A DNA stretch of 64,000 nucleotides from Camelus dromedarius (Eukaryota): assembly GCF_036321535.1 (NCBI RefSeq), contig NC_087436.1, positions 34,286,001 through 34,350,000 on the forward strand. Direction: 5' to 3'. How positions within the stretch are numbered: position 1 is the stretch's first letter; every line of letters begins with the position of its first letter. Below are positions 11,611-22,885 of the stretch, piece after piece. The position numbers and the translations under genes are program-made. The notes beneath the pieces are model-generated. The model worked only from the letters and a program-made list of their open reading frames with translations. It ran no database searches and had not been told where the DNA came from.

Positions 11611-12918
11611 ATGTATTTATCCCTAGGATATACTTACACTTTGTAAATTAATTCTCAAGATTAATTTTTGAAAGTGCACTGCTCTAGGTTCCCTGATAAT
11701 TTCCTGATACTTACTACATTAAGAACATATTGTTTTACTTATTGCACTTATGGGAAGACAATAAGGAAAACTCTTGTAAGGAAGGGTACTTGGGAACACA
11801 ATTCCAAAGCAAGCGAAGGACATTAATCGTTTTAGGGCCAGCTCCCCTCTTAGAAGGAATCACATTGAGCTGGGTTCTCTGCAGCACCTGCATTAACGTA
11901 TCTAGGTGAAGCCTCAGCCTCGGAGGAGTTTCTACATGGTACAGTGTATATTTCCAGAAGAAACAACAATGAGCAATTTCCAGAAAAAACAACAATGAAC
12001 AATACAGAATTAAACAAAATACCATCTTTAAGTAAGTTGTAGTCTCAACTCATTAAATGAATCTTTGGTAAGTAAATCCTATAGAAAAAAAGTTAGAATT
12101 ATTATACTCTGTTCTGGTCTTGTTATGTAACGATGTAGCATTCAGCCTCACACACAGATGATCTGTGTGGTTGTGGCTCATTTCAAGCAGTAGACAGGAG
12201 TAGTTAGAGAGTTTCCAGATGTGCTGCTCTATAACCATGCAAGTCAGTAAATAAAAATACGGTCAGGCTGGAATGCTAATAGTTTCTCCCCCAAAATATT
12301 CAAAGATTTAGAGGTTTGCTGATTAAAAAAGCTGCTGCTTCAATTGCTGTCACAATACCAAAGTTGAACCATCTTTGGGCCGCCATTAGGGAAGAACTTA
12401 AAAAGAGCAAAGCAAAAGTGATTTGTGAGCGAAGGAATAAAACTGTCAAATATTTTTTCTTGTTTAGAACACTTTGATATTTTCCCAATTCTTAGAACTC
12501 TGCAAATTTGAGAATAACATGGCATCTGGGACCTAAAGGCTGCCATATTTTTCTTAATTTTCTTATGTCATCTACCAATTTGACTTCTAAATCATAGCCG
12601 TGAATATGTATTTTAAACCTTTTGTCAGAGACTGCATTCCTGGGATACAGGCTTACACTGCAGATTCTGAAGCTGGATATCTAAAACTCTCATATTCTTC
12701 TGTAATAGTGGATATGCATGATACCAAAAGTGTACAGAGGAACTGAATATAAAATTGTCACCACAAAAGAATTTTAATAATTTTAAGATCGTCTATTCCA
12801 ATTTCCCTCAGAATTTCTGATTGTTTTGTGCGTGAGCCATATTAAATGACCTTCAGACCCTAATTGAATACTTCTACTCCAGTGGCCTCAGGAACACCCA
12901 TCCACTTCAGGGCAACTC

Positions 12919-12946
12919 AAAAAAAAAAAAAAAAAAGAAAAAAAAA
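12919..12946. repeat. Poly(A) tract, A18-G-A9
   Basis: Direct reading of the sequence; no TSD or element body found. Confidence 0.9.
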
Positions 12947-13489
12947 TGCCCTCATAAAAATTTGCGCTTTAGGGCAAAGTTCAATCAGTTCTCTAATTTC
13001 CAGGACTGTAAAAATATTGTGACTGAGGTACCAGTGCCACTGAGTCTCATTTATGCCTCCCACCATGCTCCCTAGCACCATATTTAAGACCCTGAATAAC
13101 AAACTTCTAAATACTTTTATTTCACTGATAACCTGAATTTTCACTCTCTGTAACTCAGAACTCTCCTATCTCAAATATGTATACACTTGGTTTTCACATT
13201 TTCCATTTAATGGCAACAGTCCTTCATAGAAATTAAACTTACATTTCCATTATTTGTCTTTATATTAAGAATTATAAATCCCCAATTTTCCCCAGGATGG
13301 AGACTGATGGCATCAGGAATGCACAGAGTTTGGCTCCCTGGAACCCGGCCTTGGTTCTTGCACTGTCTTAATATCAGTGCTCCTTCTTGTGAAATTCCTC
13401 CTAACAGGCTCTATAATACTTATGGAGTAAGGAACAAGGCAAATATTCCTAAGAATTTTAAAATGTTTTAAGTGCATGGATCCCAGTTC

Positions 13490-13690
13490 TTGTTAGAGTC
13501 ATTATATACACTATGTGTTAGGCATATTTAGCAATTTAACATATGTTGTATCAATTAAACCTTGTAATAAACTCCCACTGAGAAAGTTACTGAGATTGAG
13601 ATAATACATTTTGCTTGAATCAGGAATAAGATGATGATGGAACCAGAATTCAAATCAAGATCAATTCAAATTCAAAGATTTTATCATTAT
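13490..13690 (-). mobile_element. MIR SINE
   Basis: cactatgtgttaggcatatttagc...gatggaaccagaattcaaatcaag. Confidence 0.6.
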
Positions 13691-13800
13691 AGTAATAGAA
13701 TATTACTGGGTTTACTTTGTAAATAAAAGAATTTTGGAAATTAATATATTTTTCAACTTTTACTTTACCTTCACATTAGAACCTTCAGTATACACTTTAT

Positions 13801-14010
13801 TTGGAAGTCAGATATGCTAGGGTCTAAATTCTACTCTTGCTACATCTTGGCTGTGTAATCCTGGGCAAATTACTTAACCACTCTGAGCTTGGGTTTACTG
13901 AAAGTACAGTGGAAAGAAAAATGCCTAAGTCTTTGAGATACTAAAGAAAAGGAATGTGTAGAAATGGATTAATATCTGTAAAACCTGGTGAACTGCAACA
14001 CTCAGATAGC
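13801..14010 (+). mobile_element. MIR SINE
   Basis: ggaagtcagatatgctagggtctaaattc...gctgtgtaatcctgggcaaattacttaaccactctgagc. Confidence 0.8.
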
Positions 14011-16067
14011 CAAAAATCAAAAAACAACCATTCTCTTCCCCTTCACCTTAGGCTTCATAGGTATACAGAAAGATTTTTAAATTCTCAGGATTATTGGATT
14101 GAAAACAGAGACTCTGTTTACATGGTTACATTCTTTCTCTGCCATGGCTTTTGACTTAGAATGTTCCAAAGTACAAATCCTCTGATGGAGAACTTCTGTG
14201 GGTTATTACCTGCCCATCCTGGGTCACCCTGCACTGCACCCTTGATTCTCACAGTCAGAATCTGCTCCCCACTCTGGGATGACCTATGTGTGACACATGG
14301 TCTGTACAGCAAATCTTAACAGTGACTGATGCCTTAGAGACCAGATTCCTGGTCCTTGGTCCTCCTCCCCCTGTATCACCTCCACAAACACTGTTTCTGT
14401 GCATGCCTAGAATTGACTGCACATTTCCAGTAACTGGAGAGGAAAGCTGAGACTAGGGTGTTTTTGTAGTAAAATATAGATTCTAAATATCTGACTCTCA
14501 ACCAGTTTCTACTCCATTTCAACCTCTCTTCTCTCCAGGTGACTCTTGAGATACTAGATTGATTTGAGCGTATGGTAGTGACTGTATTTTTCACATGAAA
14601 ATGCTTACCTCCTGAGCAAAAAGCACAATACTGTCTTGCATGCATAGTAAAACATGTTTTGGATCAACTTGCTTTAAGTTTTATGTGGTGAGCACACTGC
14701 ATTCTTTTCATCATTCTTTGGGATTTTATAGTTTGCATGAAGTGTAACATGGTCTTTGACACGCATTAAAAAAAATATACAGAAAATAGTGCCTTCTTCC
14801 ATTAAGCAGTAGTCTCAGATGATTACACTCCCAAAAGTAAATGGCAAATAATACATAGACAGAGCCACCTCAATTAACAGTGGCACTATCATCTGAATAT
14901 GTAACCTAAATTTATAATTACTCTTAATCTAAAAATCTCCTTTTTAATGAGAAGTGGTGACCTGAAAGTGTACCCTCTGAAGTTGGTCATATACAACATA
15001 AGTATCAATATATTACATTCATCAAAAACTTTTCAACCTCAGTAAAAACAGCTCATTTGAAAATTCAGAATTGTTCTTCAATGTCAGTATCCACACATCT
15101 ACATGAATATACATATATAAAAATCTTCAGTCATTTGAGGTTCCGATAAATCTGCCTTGGCTTAAAACAATTTTAACAAATTTTTAAAAAATTGTTAAGA
15201 TTTCTAAAGTCTCCAATACTTAAAATACTAAGTTGTGACAATTTTATAAATGAATGTTACATAAGGGCAATGTTTCATAATTCTGACACTTTTGGAAATC
15301 AATGATTCATTATTTCATTAATTCAACACATATTTAAGCAACACCTACTTTCTTCAAGGCCTAAAGATTCTTTAACACATTTTTAGTTGTTTCAGTTTTG
15401 AATTAGAAGTGTTCAATACTTAGAAGTGTTCAATAGAGTCAATATACACCAAACAAAGGAGTGGTCAGCAGTAACATTACCTTTTTAAATAGATTTTATT
15501 TTGTGCTATGTGTTATACAACTTTATGTGATTGCTCTTTCCAAACACTAAAAGCTAATGCGTTTCTGTGGTAGTCCACTACCCTGCCACCTCAGTGAGAA
15601 CCCTGGCTCTCACTGACACTCTTTTTGGAGCTCTGTGGGGCTTCATCAAATGCATATTACAACTACTCACAATTTTGAGAGCTGATGAAGTAGAACTCAG
15701 GACCCACTCTCTTATCTCCAGACCAGTCAGAACCATCTGGATGTTTTCAAAGCTGAAGTACTCAAAATGCCCTGTGGCTCATGTGGTAGAGCATCAAGTC
15801 ACCCCCAGAGGCACTGGGGTGGCCTGCCAGGCAGGGATACATTCTGCCTTACAGAAATAGAGCTTTGTTTGAAATAAGCTTAGACCTTTACCACTTACCT
15901 GTAAATTTCATAAAGTGATGTATGCTCTACAAATGATATAGATACAGTGGGAGTTGCTAACATTAGTAGATTTCAACAACTGTTTAATTTAATGGTAGAC
16001 AAAAATACTTTCATTCACACGTTATGAAGAAATTCTTCACAGCCAAACAAGGTTAGTACAGACTTAC

Positions 16068-16242
16068 CTGAATCTGTAGCTGTGATCAATAAGACAAAAT
16101 GCTCTTTCGTTTCACGATCCAAGCTCTGTGTTACTTGAAGTTCTCCACTAGCTGAGAGAGTAAAAGCGTTGTCTTCATTACCACCAAACAGAACATATGA
16201 GAGTTTGCTGTTAGAACCTTGATCATCATCTCTTGCCACCAC
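16068..16242 (-). CDS. FAT4: FAT4 internal coding exon, 175 nt, phase 0-1 (VVARDDDQGSNSKLSY...LDRETKEHFVLLITATDS)
   Basis: Acceptor ttttctcctgaag|GTG; donor TCAG|gtaagt. LDRE and ATD motifs. Continues the frame of the 923-nt exon. Confidence 0.96.
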
Positions 16243-16760
16243 CTTCAGGAGAAAACAACACACGTCATGAATTTGAGTACAGCTAACAAAACGTCCGCCG
16301 TGAAATAAAATGTATCATTAAAAATAATGCGGTAGAGCCATGTGTACCAATATTAAAAGGTTTCAGAGACATGTTTGTAAGTTTCAAGTACAAAAATTAA
16401 AATAGTACAATGTATTATCTGTACAAAAGTAGGTGTCAAATGAATACATGGCATGTTTGGAAGGCTTCACAAAAAATTTTTAACCACAGTTTTATTCAGG
16501 TAGTTAGATATGTAAAGAGTGGAAGGGAGAATAACATTTGTAACAGTTTTCAAACTTTTACATCATTTTATTTTCTTACTATGTGCAGATATTACAGTCA
16601 TAGTCAAACAAAAGTCAAACATACACAAATACATAAATGTGTGGAACACAAGTAAAAACAAAAGAATGTAACTGAAATGCAATATATAATCTACAAGAAA
16701 ATCACTAGGTTCTTAGGTATAATTTTTTGTAAACCTGTCTTTTTCAAGATTTGCTATATC

Positions 16761-16907
16761 AGAAATTGACACAACATTGTGAACCTACTTCAATTATATA
16801 TATATAAATATATATAATTCAATTATATATATGTATTCAATTATATATATATAAATTATAATTATATTTACTTCAATTATATATATATAAATATATATAT
16901 AAAAATA
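16761..16907 (+). mobile_element. Extremely 5'-truncated young L1 with a TA-rich repeat tail and a 15-bp TSD
   Basis: agaaattgacacaacattgtgaac...cttcaa matches the reverse complement of the L1 end at 1997-2045. Flanked by aagatttgctatatc at 16746-16760 and 16908-16922. Confidence 0.85.
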
Positions 16908-17041
16908 AAGATTTGCTATATCTGCAAGTAAGCATTATTTATGGGTGAGAGTAAGGAAGAGGGTGGGGGAAGTATGAACATTATAATTAAATTAGACATC
17001 TTATAATGAGCACAATATTTATTTTATTTAAATATACTGAC

Positions 17042-17964
17042 CTGAAGAATTGTTCTGGGTAGTGCCCCTAAATTCTCAGGGACATTTACAGAATATGGAG
17101 ATAGTTCAAATACGGGAACAAAATCATTACTATCCAGCAGGACAATGCTGACAGTGGAGGTATCAGTCCTGGGGGTGCTGCCCCGATCTGTTGCCTGAAC
17201 AGTTAAAAGGTAATTAGGGGTCTTCTCTCTATCCAAAGGCTTAGCCACAGTGATGGCACCGGTGACAGAATCGATCCGAAATTCCTGATTGGCATTACCA
17301 CCAATGATGCCATAACGAACCTGTCCATTGGTACCTTCGTCTCTATCTGCTGCCAATACTTGTGTGATATCTGTTCCGGTAAGTGTATTTTCATTAATCT
17401 CCACCTTATACATGGCCTGTGCAAAAACAGGGTTGTTATCATTGATGTCAAGTACCATGACCACAACCTCTGTAGATGAAGAGAGAGATGGTTGCCCTTT
17501 GTCTGTAGCCACCACCGTTAGAGTATAATTAGAGACCTCTTCTCTATCCAGTTCTCCAGTGAGCCTCACTTCACCATCAATGGTCCCAATACTGAACTTG
17601 TTTCCCAAAGGGTTCAGTAGGGTGTATTCAGTATAGCTGTTTGGGCCACTATCTGGGTCAGTGGCTTGTGCTTTGAAAACAACAGTATCAATAGGTGTGT
17701 TTTCCGGAATGTATGTCAATTTCGGGGAAAGAAATGTTGGTGGGTTATCATTTACATCCAACAAAATAATGGAGACTTGAGCAGTGCTTGTGAATCTGGA
17801 GGCTGGAGGTTGCGGCAGGTCATGCACCTGAACAACCAGGTTGTAGAAAGACTGACTTTCCCGATCCAAAGCTTTGAGGACTTTCAGTACGCCATTCTTG
17901 TCAACTGTGAATTGCCCAAGGCTATCACCAGAAGCAATGCTATAAGCCAAATGGGAGTTGATGC
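17042..17964 (-). CDS. FAT4: FAT4 internal coding exon, 923 nt, phase 1-0; about three cadherin repeats (GINSHLAYSIASGDSLGQF...PRTILQ)
   Basis: Acceptor ttccattgcag|GC; donor CAG|gtcagt. Three LDRE motifs plus DVNDNPP and DINDNNP. Overlaps ORF 17024-17950. Confidence 0.97.
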
Positions 17965-18833
17965 CTGCAATGGAAGGGAAAAAATGAAATCCTCTTAAAC
18001 ATGTGCTGACTGCAAACTAAACTGCACCAAAAATTTTATAAAATGAAACTGCATATTTGATATATGATGCCTCCAAAGACACCTTATGGATGATTTAGCT
18101 GCAGTTAATTTTCTTTGTAAGTAATAATACATAGCCCATAATTCTTTTCTTGTTAGCTTTTGATCTGAAAAGATGTTTACAATCTGGTGAACAAATGATC
18201 TATATACTGCCTGCTATTGACTAGGGTGTTGAAATGTGAAATTACAAAAGTAAAGAGAAAAACAATATTCCAGAGAGCGGATATTTTCCTGTACATTTCC
18301 TTATTTCTGTCACATAATTCCTGAGAATTCAACGTTAACAGTGCCACACTCTATACGATTAGCCAAACATTTATAACTTTAGTAATTTATTGAGGCCGAC
18401 ACCAATTTTCAGAGAAGGGTAATAAAACTTTCTGATGTATGGCATTAGTCATGGATGCTTTAAGTCTGCTTTTACATTTCTTGTCAGAACCAATAAATAC
18501 TTTTTAATTCCTATTAAGCATCTGGCTAATGGCCTTTGAGAAGATAATTCTCTGCAAAATTTTATTATGTACATTTACTGTGTTTAGTACTTTTTGAAGA
18601 AAATGTTAGCAGTAAAATTACACATGAAAGGATACAAATATAAAGGCTTCCCTTATTATTGGGCTATTTTTAGATTATAGTTTATCTGTTTTCCCAGGCA
18701 CATGTGTCATATTTTAATTTTAAAAAATCTTCTATAAATCCTCATTTCAGAAAACGATTGCAGAGATTTTTTTCTAACAAAGATGATGTGTAGAATAAAC
18801 CACCCTATTGTTTTGGTAAAGAATTTAAAGGTA

Positions 18834-18957
18834 GTGGGTGGAGGGTATAGCTCAAGTGCTAGGGCACATGCTTAGCAGGCACAAGGTCCTGGGTTCAATC
18901 CCCAGTACCTCCTCTAAAAATAAATAAACCTAATTACTCCCTCCCTCCTAAATAAAT
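18834..18957 (+). mobile_element. tRNA-Ala-derived SINE (camelid Vic-1 type) with a 15-bp TSD
   Basis: A box tagctcaagtg at 18848-18858, B box ggttcaatccc at 18892-18902, A-rich tail. TSD aagaatttaaaggta at 18819-18833 and 18958-18972. Confidence 0.9.
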
Positions 18958-21900
18958 AAGAATTTAAAGGTAAACAGCAGATAAGCAGTGCAAACAGATA
19001 GAAAAATATCTTCTGCCCCAGGATAGTGTTTCCTTCACTGGTCCATAATATCATGTATATTTTAATATTTTATCATAAAGATGTTGGGAAATTATGGAAT
19101 ATTATAAGAATTTCTAAAAAACATATTGTATATCTAGATAATCTATCCTTAATAAAGATGCTATCCTCTGGGCTCTTTTGTTGGGGAAAATCTATAGAGT
19201 AACATAAACTGTTCACAAATAGCTCCTAAATTTCTGAAGTTAATTTTAGCTATTCAGGTCAGAAAGGATAGTGACTCTTTGCCAAAAGTCTTCTAGCATA
19301 ATTTGGTCACCCATTACCTCTTTTTTTCTTGAAAAATACTCTTTCTCATGATTCTGTGAATAATTGAGTTAAATTTTGTCTTTTCTTGAAACTCATCACG
19401 TTCCTTATAAACGTAATTTTCAATTGAGTAGTAGGATTTCCTTTTCTACCAGGCAGAGCCTGCCTGTTCTTTTTTTAAAAAATGATAAAATTATTATTTT
19501 CCTGTGATTTGATAGTCTCTTATCTAATGTCCTTTGTCCATATGTTGATGTAGAGAAAAATATTTATGGAGATAACTTTCAGGCCCTGACTTATTCACAA
19601 AAATTTAAAGGATAAACAAGGACTGAGTTGAGCTTTGAAAAGGTAGGATTTTTCTCCTCACTAAGAGTTGTGGCTTTCAATCTTTGTAGTTTATTTAAGA
19701 CTATTCACAAGAGAACAAAGCAGAAGTTATAAGGTTCAAAATACTTAGGACTCTGAGGATCAGGAAAAATATGAATAAATAAAGCTAATGGAGGCCACAG
19801 GTCAATTCACCAGCAGGAGATAAAGAGAATTTTAAGATCTGGCTAGAACAAGGTCAACAGCCTACTTTAACTCTTTGACTTAAAATTCCACAGGTTTGGA
19901 GCAAGAAAAGTTCCACCAACTGATGCAAAAAAAAAAAAGTTTTATCAACTGGTGCAATAGATGGATATATTACTTAGAGAAAGTAATTAGATTTTAAAAT
20001 ACATATTATATATTTAAATAGATATATCTATATAAATAGATATATTTAAAATAGGATTCCTCCCTAAGGAAATTTTATGCATTTTCCATGGCTAAATCTA
20101 TCAGTAAATATTGAGGCATAAATGCAGATACAATTATTACTGAGAAAAAGTTATGAAGACATCTGGATAAAAATATTATTATAAACAACAAAGATATAAA
20201 ATTTAGTTCTATGCAAGTATATGAAATCTTTCATGCCCAAGATCAAAAGAAATTAAAAACACTGACAAAACTACACTTGACTACAAAGTGATGGCCTAGC
20301 ATTTCTACATAAATCAGCCAGAATGCAAGCAATTAAATCAAGGATCTGGACAACCTTGGTCCACTGTGTATGCTACTTCCTGGTGTAAACAGTTAACTTG
20401 CAGAGGCAAAAAGAGAACATAAAACCAAGATTTTATAGCCTTGCTGTAAACAGCAGAACAGCCTATTTTTTAGGGAAAAAGTTTGATAGGATAGTTGAGT
20501 GGAGGAAATAATATATGTTAACTTTAATTAGAATCATGAAAAAGAGAAAAATTTGATTTTATATTCAAATTCATAATGACAAATATATCAGGTAATAACA
20601 TTAAAGTGAACTGATGACAGCAATCATTATCTTTGAGAAAATACACATAGAAATATAGTTATTTTTGCACAGAATATTGCAGCATCATCTAAGAAACAGC
20701 TTTCATCTCAGGAACTGAAACCTTACTGCTACAATTACAGGCCATGGAACCATCTATATTGGCCTTACTGTAAAGAAAAGGACTTTTCTTTCCTGTCAAG
20801 TCTAAGTGTCTCTGGGCATGCACTCTATGTCTAGAAAATACAGGTAGACGTATTGAAACTCAAAATTCTCCCTGAACCTTTATACTACCCTGAAAAATGG
20901 AGAGCTCAGGCTATTTTTTGTCTCTCTGCTCCTTGCATCAAATAGCCAAATCATAAATCAGTAAATATATTATTTTAACATTCTGTAGTTTATTCATAAG
21001 TATTGGGACTTGAATTTAGTAGGCTTTTATAGCCCACTAGATCTTTAAACTCAAAACAGTGCATTATTTCTAACCATTTGCGTTCAATGTTCTAAAAGTG
21101 GTTTAGTTACATGATTCTTTCTGGCAGTTTTATTGTGTGTGTGTGGTTGTGTTGGTTTCTTTTTTCCCCTCAGTCTTGAAAATAATTTAGTCCCAGGAAA
21201 TATAGCACATAACTATGGGTATGTAGTTCTGTAATGAAATGTGTACATTTATTCACAATCCATAAATGCTAATTATTTCTATGATGAACTGGTACTTGTC
21301 AACTTATCATGCAGCTGTAACGCATGGAATGCTTGCAAATAGCATTAATGTTTATGAAGCAGTTCCAACAAGGTCTTCAGGTCACTAGAATATGAAACCC
21401 ATTCACAGGTCAAATGATCTGCCTTGTGTACGTACCATATATAAGTAAATTTTTTCATCAATAATTAGAATTGCTTTCTTCTCAAAACACTCTATAACTC
21501 CCCAATATTTTGAAGAATATACAAATTCATTCCTAGGATAATGAAATAATTATCAAAGCCAGAGTATTTCTATGAAACTTTAATTTATAGTAGTTTGCCT
21601 CAATGTAACACTTTCTTAGTTGTATGCATGAAATCCTTGAGATTAATGCATATGCTACTTAATGTTGTGAACACAGTGAAATATAAATATTTGCTTTATT
21701 CTTATTAAGTGATTATATAATCTAAAATTTTAGTTAAACTCAGAGATTCTAGATACAGATAAAATGTTAAATTTATTTTCATATAAAATACCTTCATTGC
21801 AGATAACAATATTATCTCATCTAAAAACTCTTGATCAGAGATTAAAATGAACTTGTTAGTTAAAAAATGTCTAAATAACACTGTGAAATACATTCAGAAC

Positions 21901-22568
21901 TATTTAGTGTAACTGAGTTGGCAATTTTAAACAAAGAAGGTTACCCTTATTCAGTCTTATCATTATCCTTGAAATTCAGAGAGAATAGAAACTGTGTCCT
22001 ATATTTTAGGTCAAGGTACAGGAAACTACACTGATAAAACTATTCAAAACTGAAAACAATGGAAAAATGTTGCTTGAAATTTTTACATCAAACAATTAAA
22101 GGAAAAAAAATCTGTAAAAAGTAGCCTGAAGTCAATGGTTGATATATTTCTGTGCATATACGTGATTGAAATATTCCAGGAGGTTGCACAAAGTTTCTTA
22201 TTTGCTATTTTCCCCGTTCTCTACATTTTAAGGTATAAAGATAAGTGAAATTTATTCTAGAGCTGCAAGTAATCTTGTGATACAATGGGCCCTCTCTAAT
22301 ACATAATAAGTAAATCACAAAGAAGCCTGGCAGATAATTCTTTACCACAGAAAAGTCAGGACCAGCCACATGGACAAATAAAATATATATATATATCCAG
22401 GGATCAGGCAGACTAATTAAGTTTATAATAATAGAGAAATCAAGTTAAAGTAGAGATTAATCTCAGTTGTATATAAATGTCTAATTGGAGCCAATCTCAA
22501 AGCTGGACTCACGTACATGAAATAGATTATACAACATTCTTAGGCTAGGACTGGGTACACACTAAGTA

Positions 22569-22885
22569 CAGTTGGCTCATCATATTTGCTGGTCCTGCAT
22601 CCACAGATTCAACCAATGCAGATCAAAAATATTTGGGGAAAAAAAAGATTCCAGAAAGTTCCAAAATGCAAAACTTGAATTTCCCACGCACTAGCAACTN
22701 NNNNNNNNNNNNNNNNNNNNNNNNNNNNNNNNNNNNNNNNNNNNNNNNNNNNNNNNNNNNNNNNNNNNNNNNNNNNNNNNNNNNNNNNNNNNNNNNNNNN
22801 NNNNNNNNNNNNNNNNNNNNNNNNNNNNNNNNNNNNNNNACAGGGGTCCTGGAACCAGTCCTCTGTAGATACCAAGGGATGGCTA
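22569..22885. mobile_element. MER2/Tigger-type (TcMar-Tigger) non-autonomous DNA transposon, interrupted by the N gap
   Basis: TA|cagttggc...catccacagattcaaccaatgcagatcaaaaatattt...gggtcctggaaccagtcctctgtagataccaagggatggcta|TA. TA dinucleotides at 22567-22568 and 22886-22887. Confidence 0.8.
22700..22840. other. Assembly gap, 141 N
   Basis: Run of N from 22700 to 22840. The ORF-track entries containing X here are artefacts. Confidence 1.

Larger units (their letters stand above)
1..16067 (-). other. FAT4: FAT4 intron downstream of the 175-nt exon; the next constitutive exon lies beyond the window edge
   Basis: Donor at 16067. I did not find the expected next peptide (GSPALTGTGTINV...DVNDNVP) in 1-16067. 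Confidence 0.8.

Noticed and set aside
12909-12952. Poly(A) tract flanked by agggca/tgccct as a retro-insertion or terminator
   Set aside because: No TSD or element body, and the 6-bp inverted flanks are not significant.
13490-14010. Head-to-head MIR pair forming dsRNA
   Set aside because: The copies are too diverged to show extended complementarity by eye.
17024-17950. ORF-track entries as stand-alone genes (also 16015-16263, 23975-24373, 25656-25865, 32576-32821)
   Set aside because: These are FAT4 exons with intronic read-through. Their starts and stops are not biological.
18841-18913. Functional tRNA-Ala(AGC) gene
   Set aside because: The anticodon stem is mispaired (CATGC/GCACA), and the A-rich tail and 15-bp TSD identify it as a tRNA-derived SINE.
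20018-20031. 14-bp palindrome atagatatatctat
   Set aside because: Low-complexity TA-rich context makes such palindromes common.
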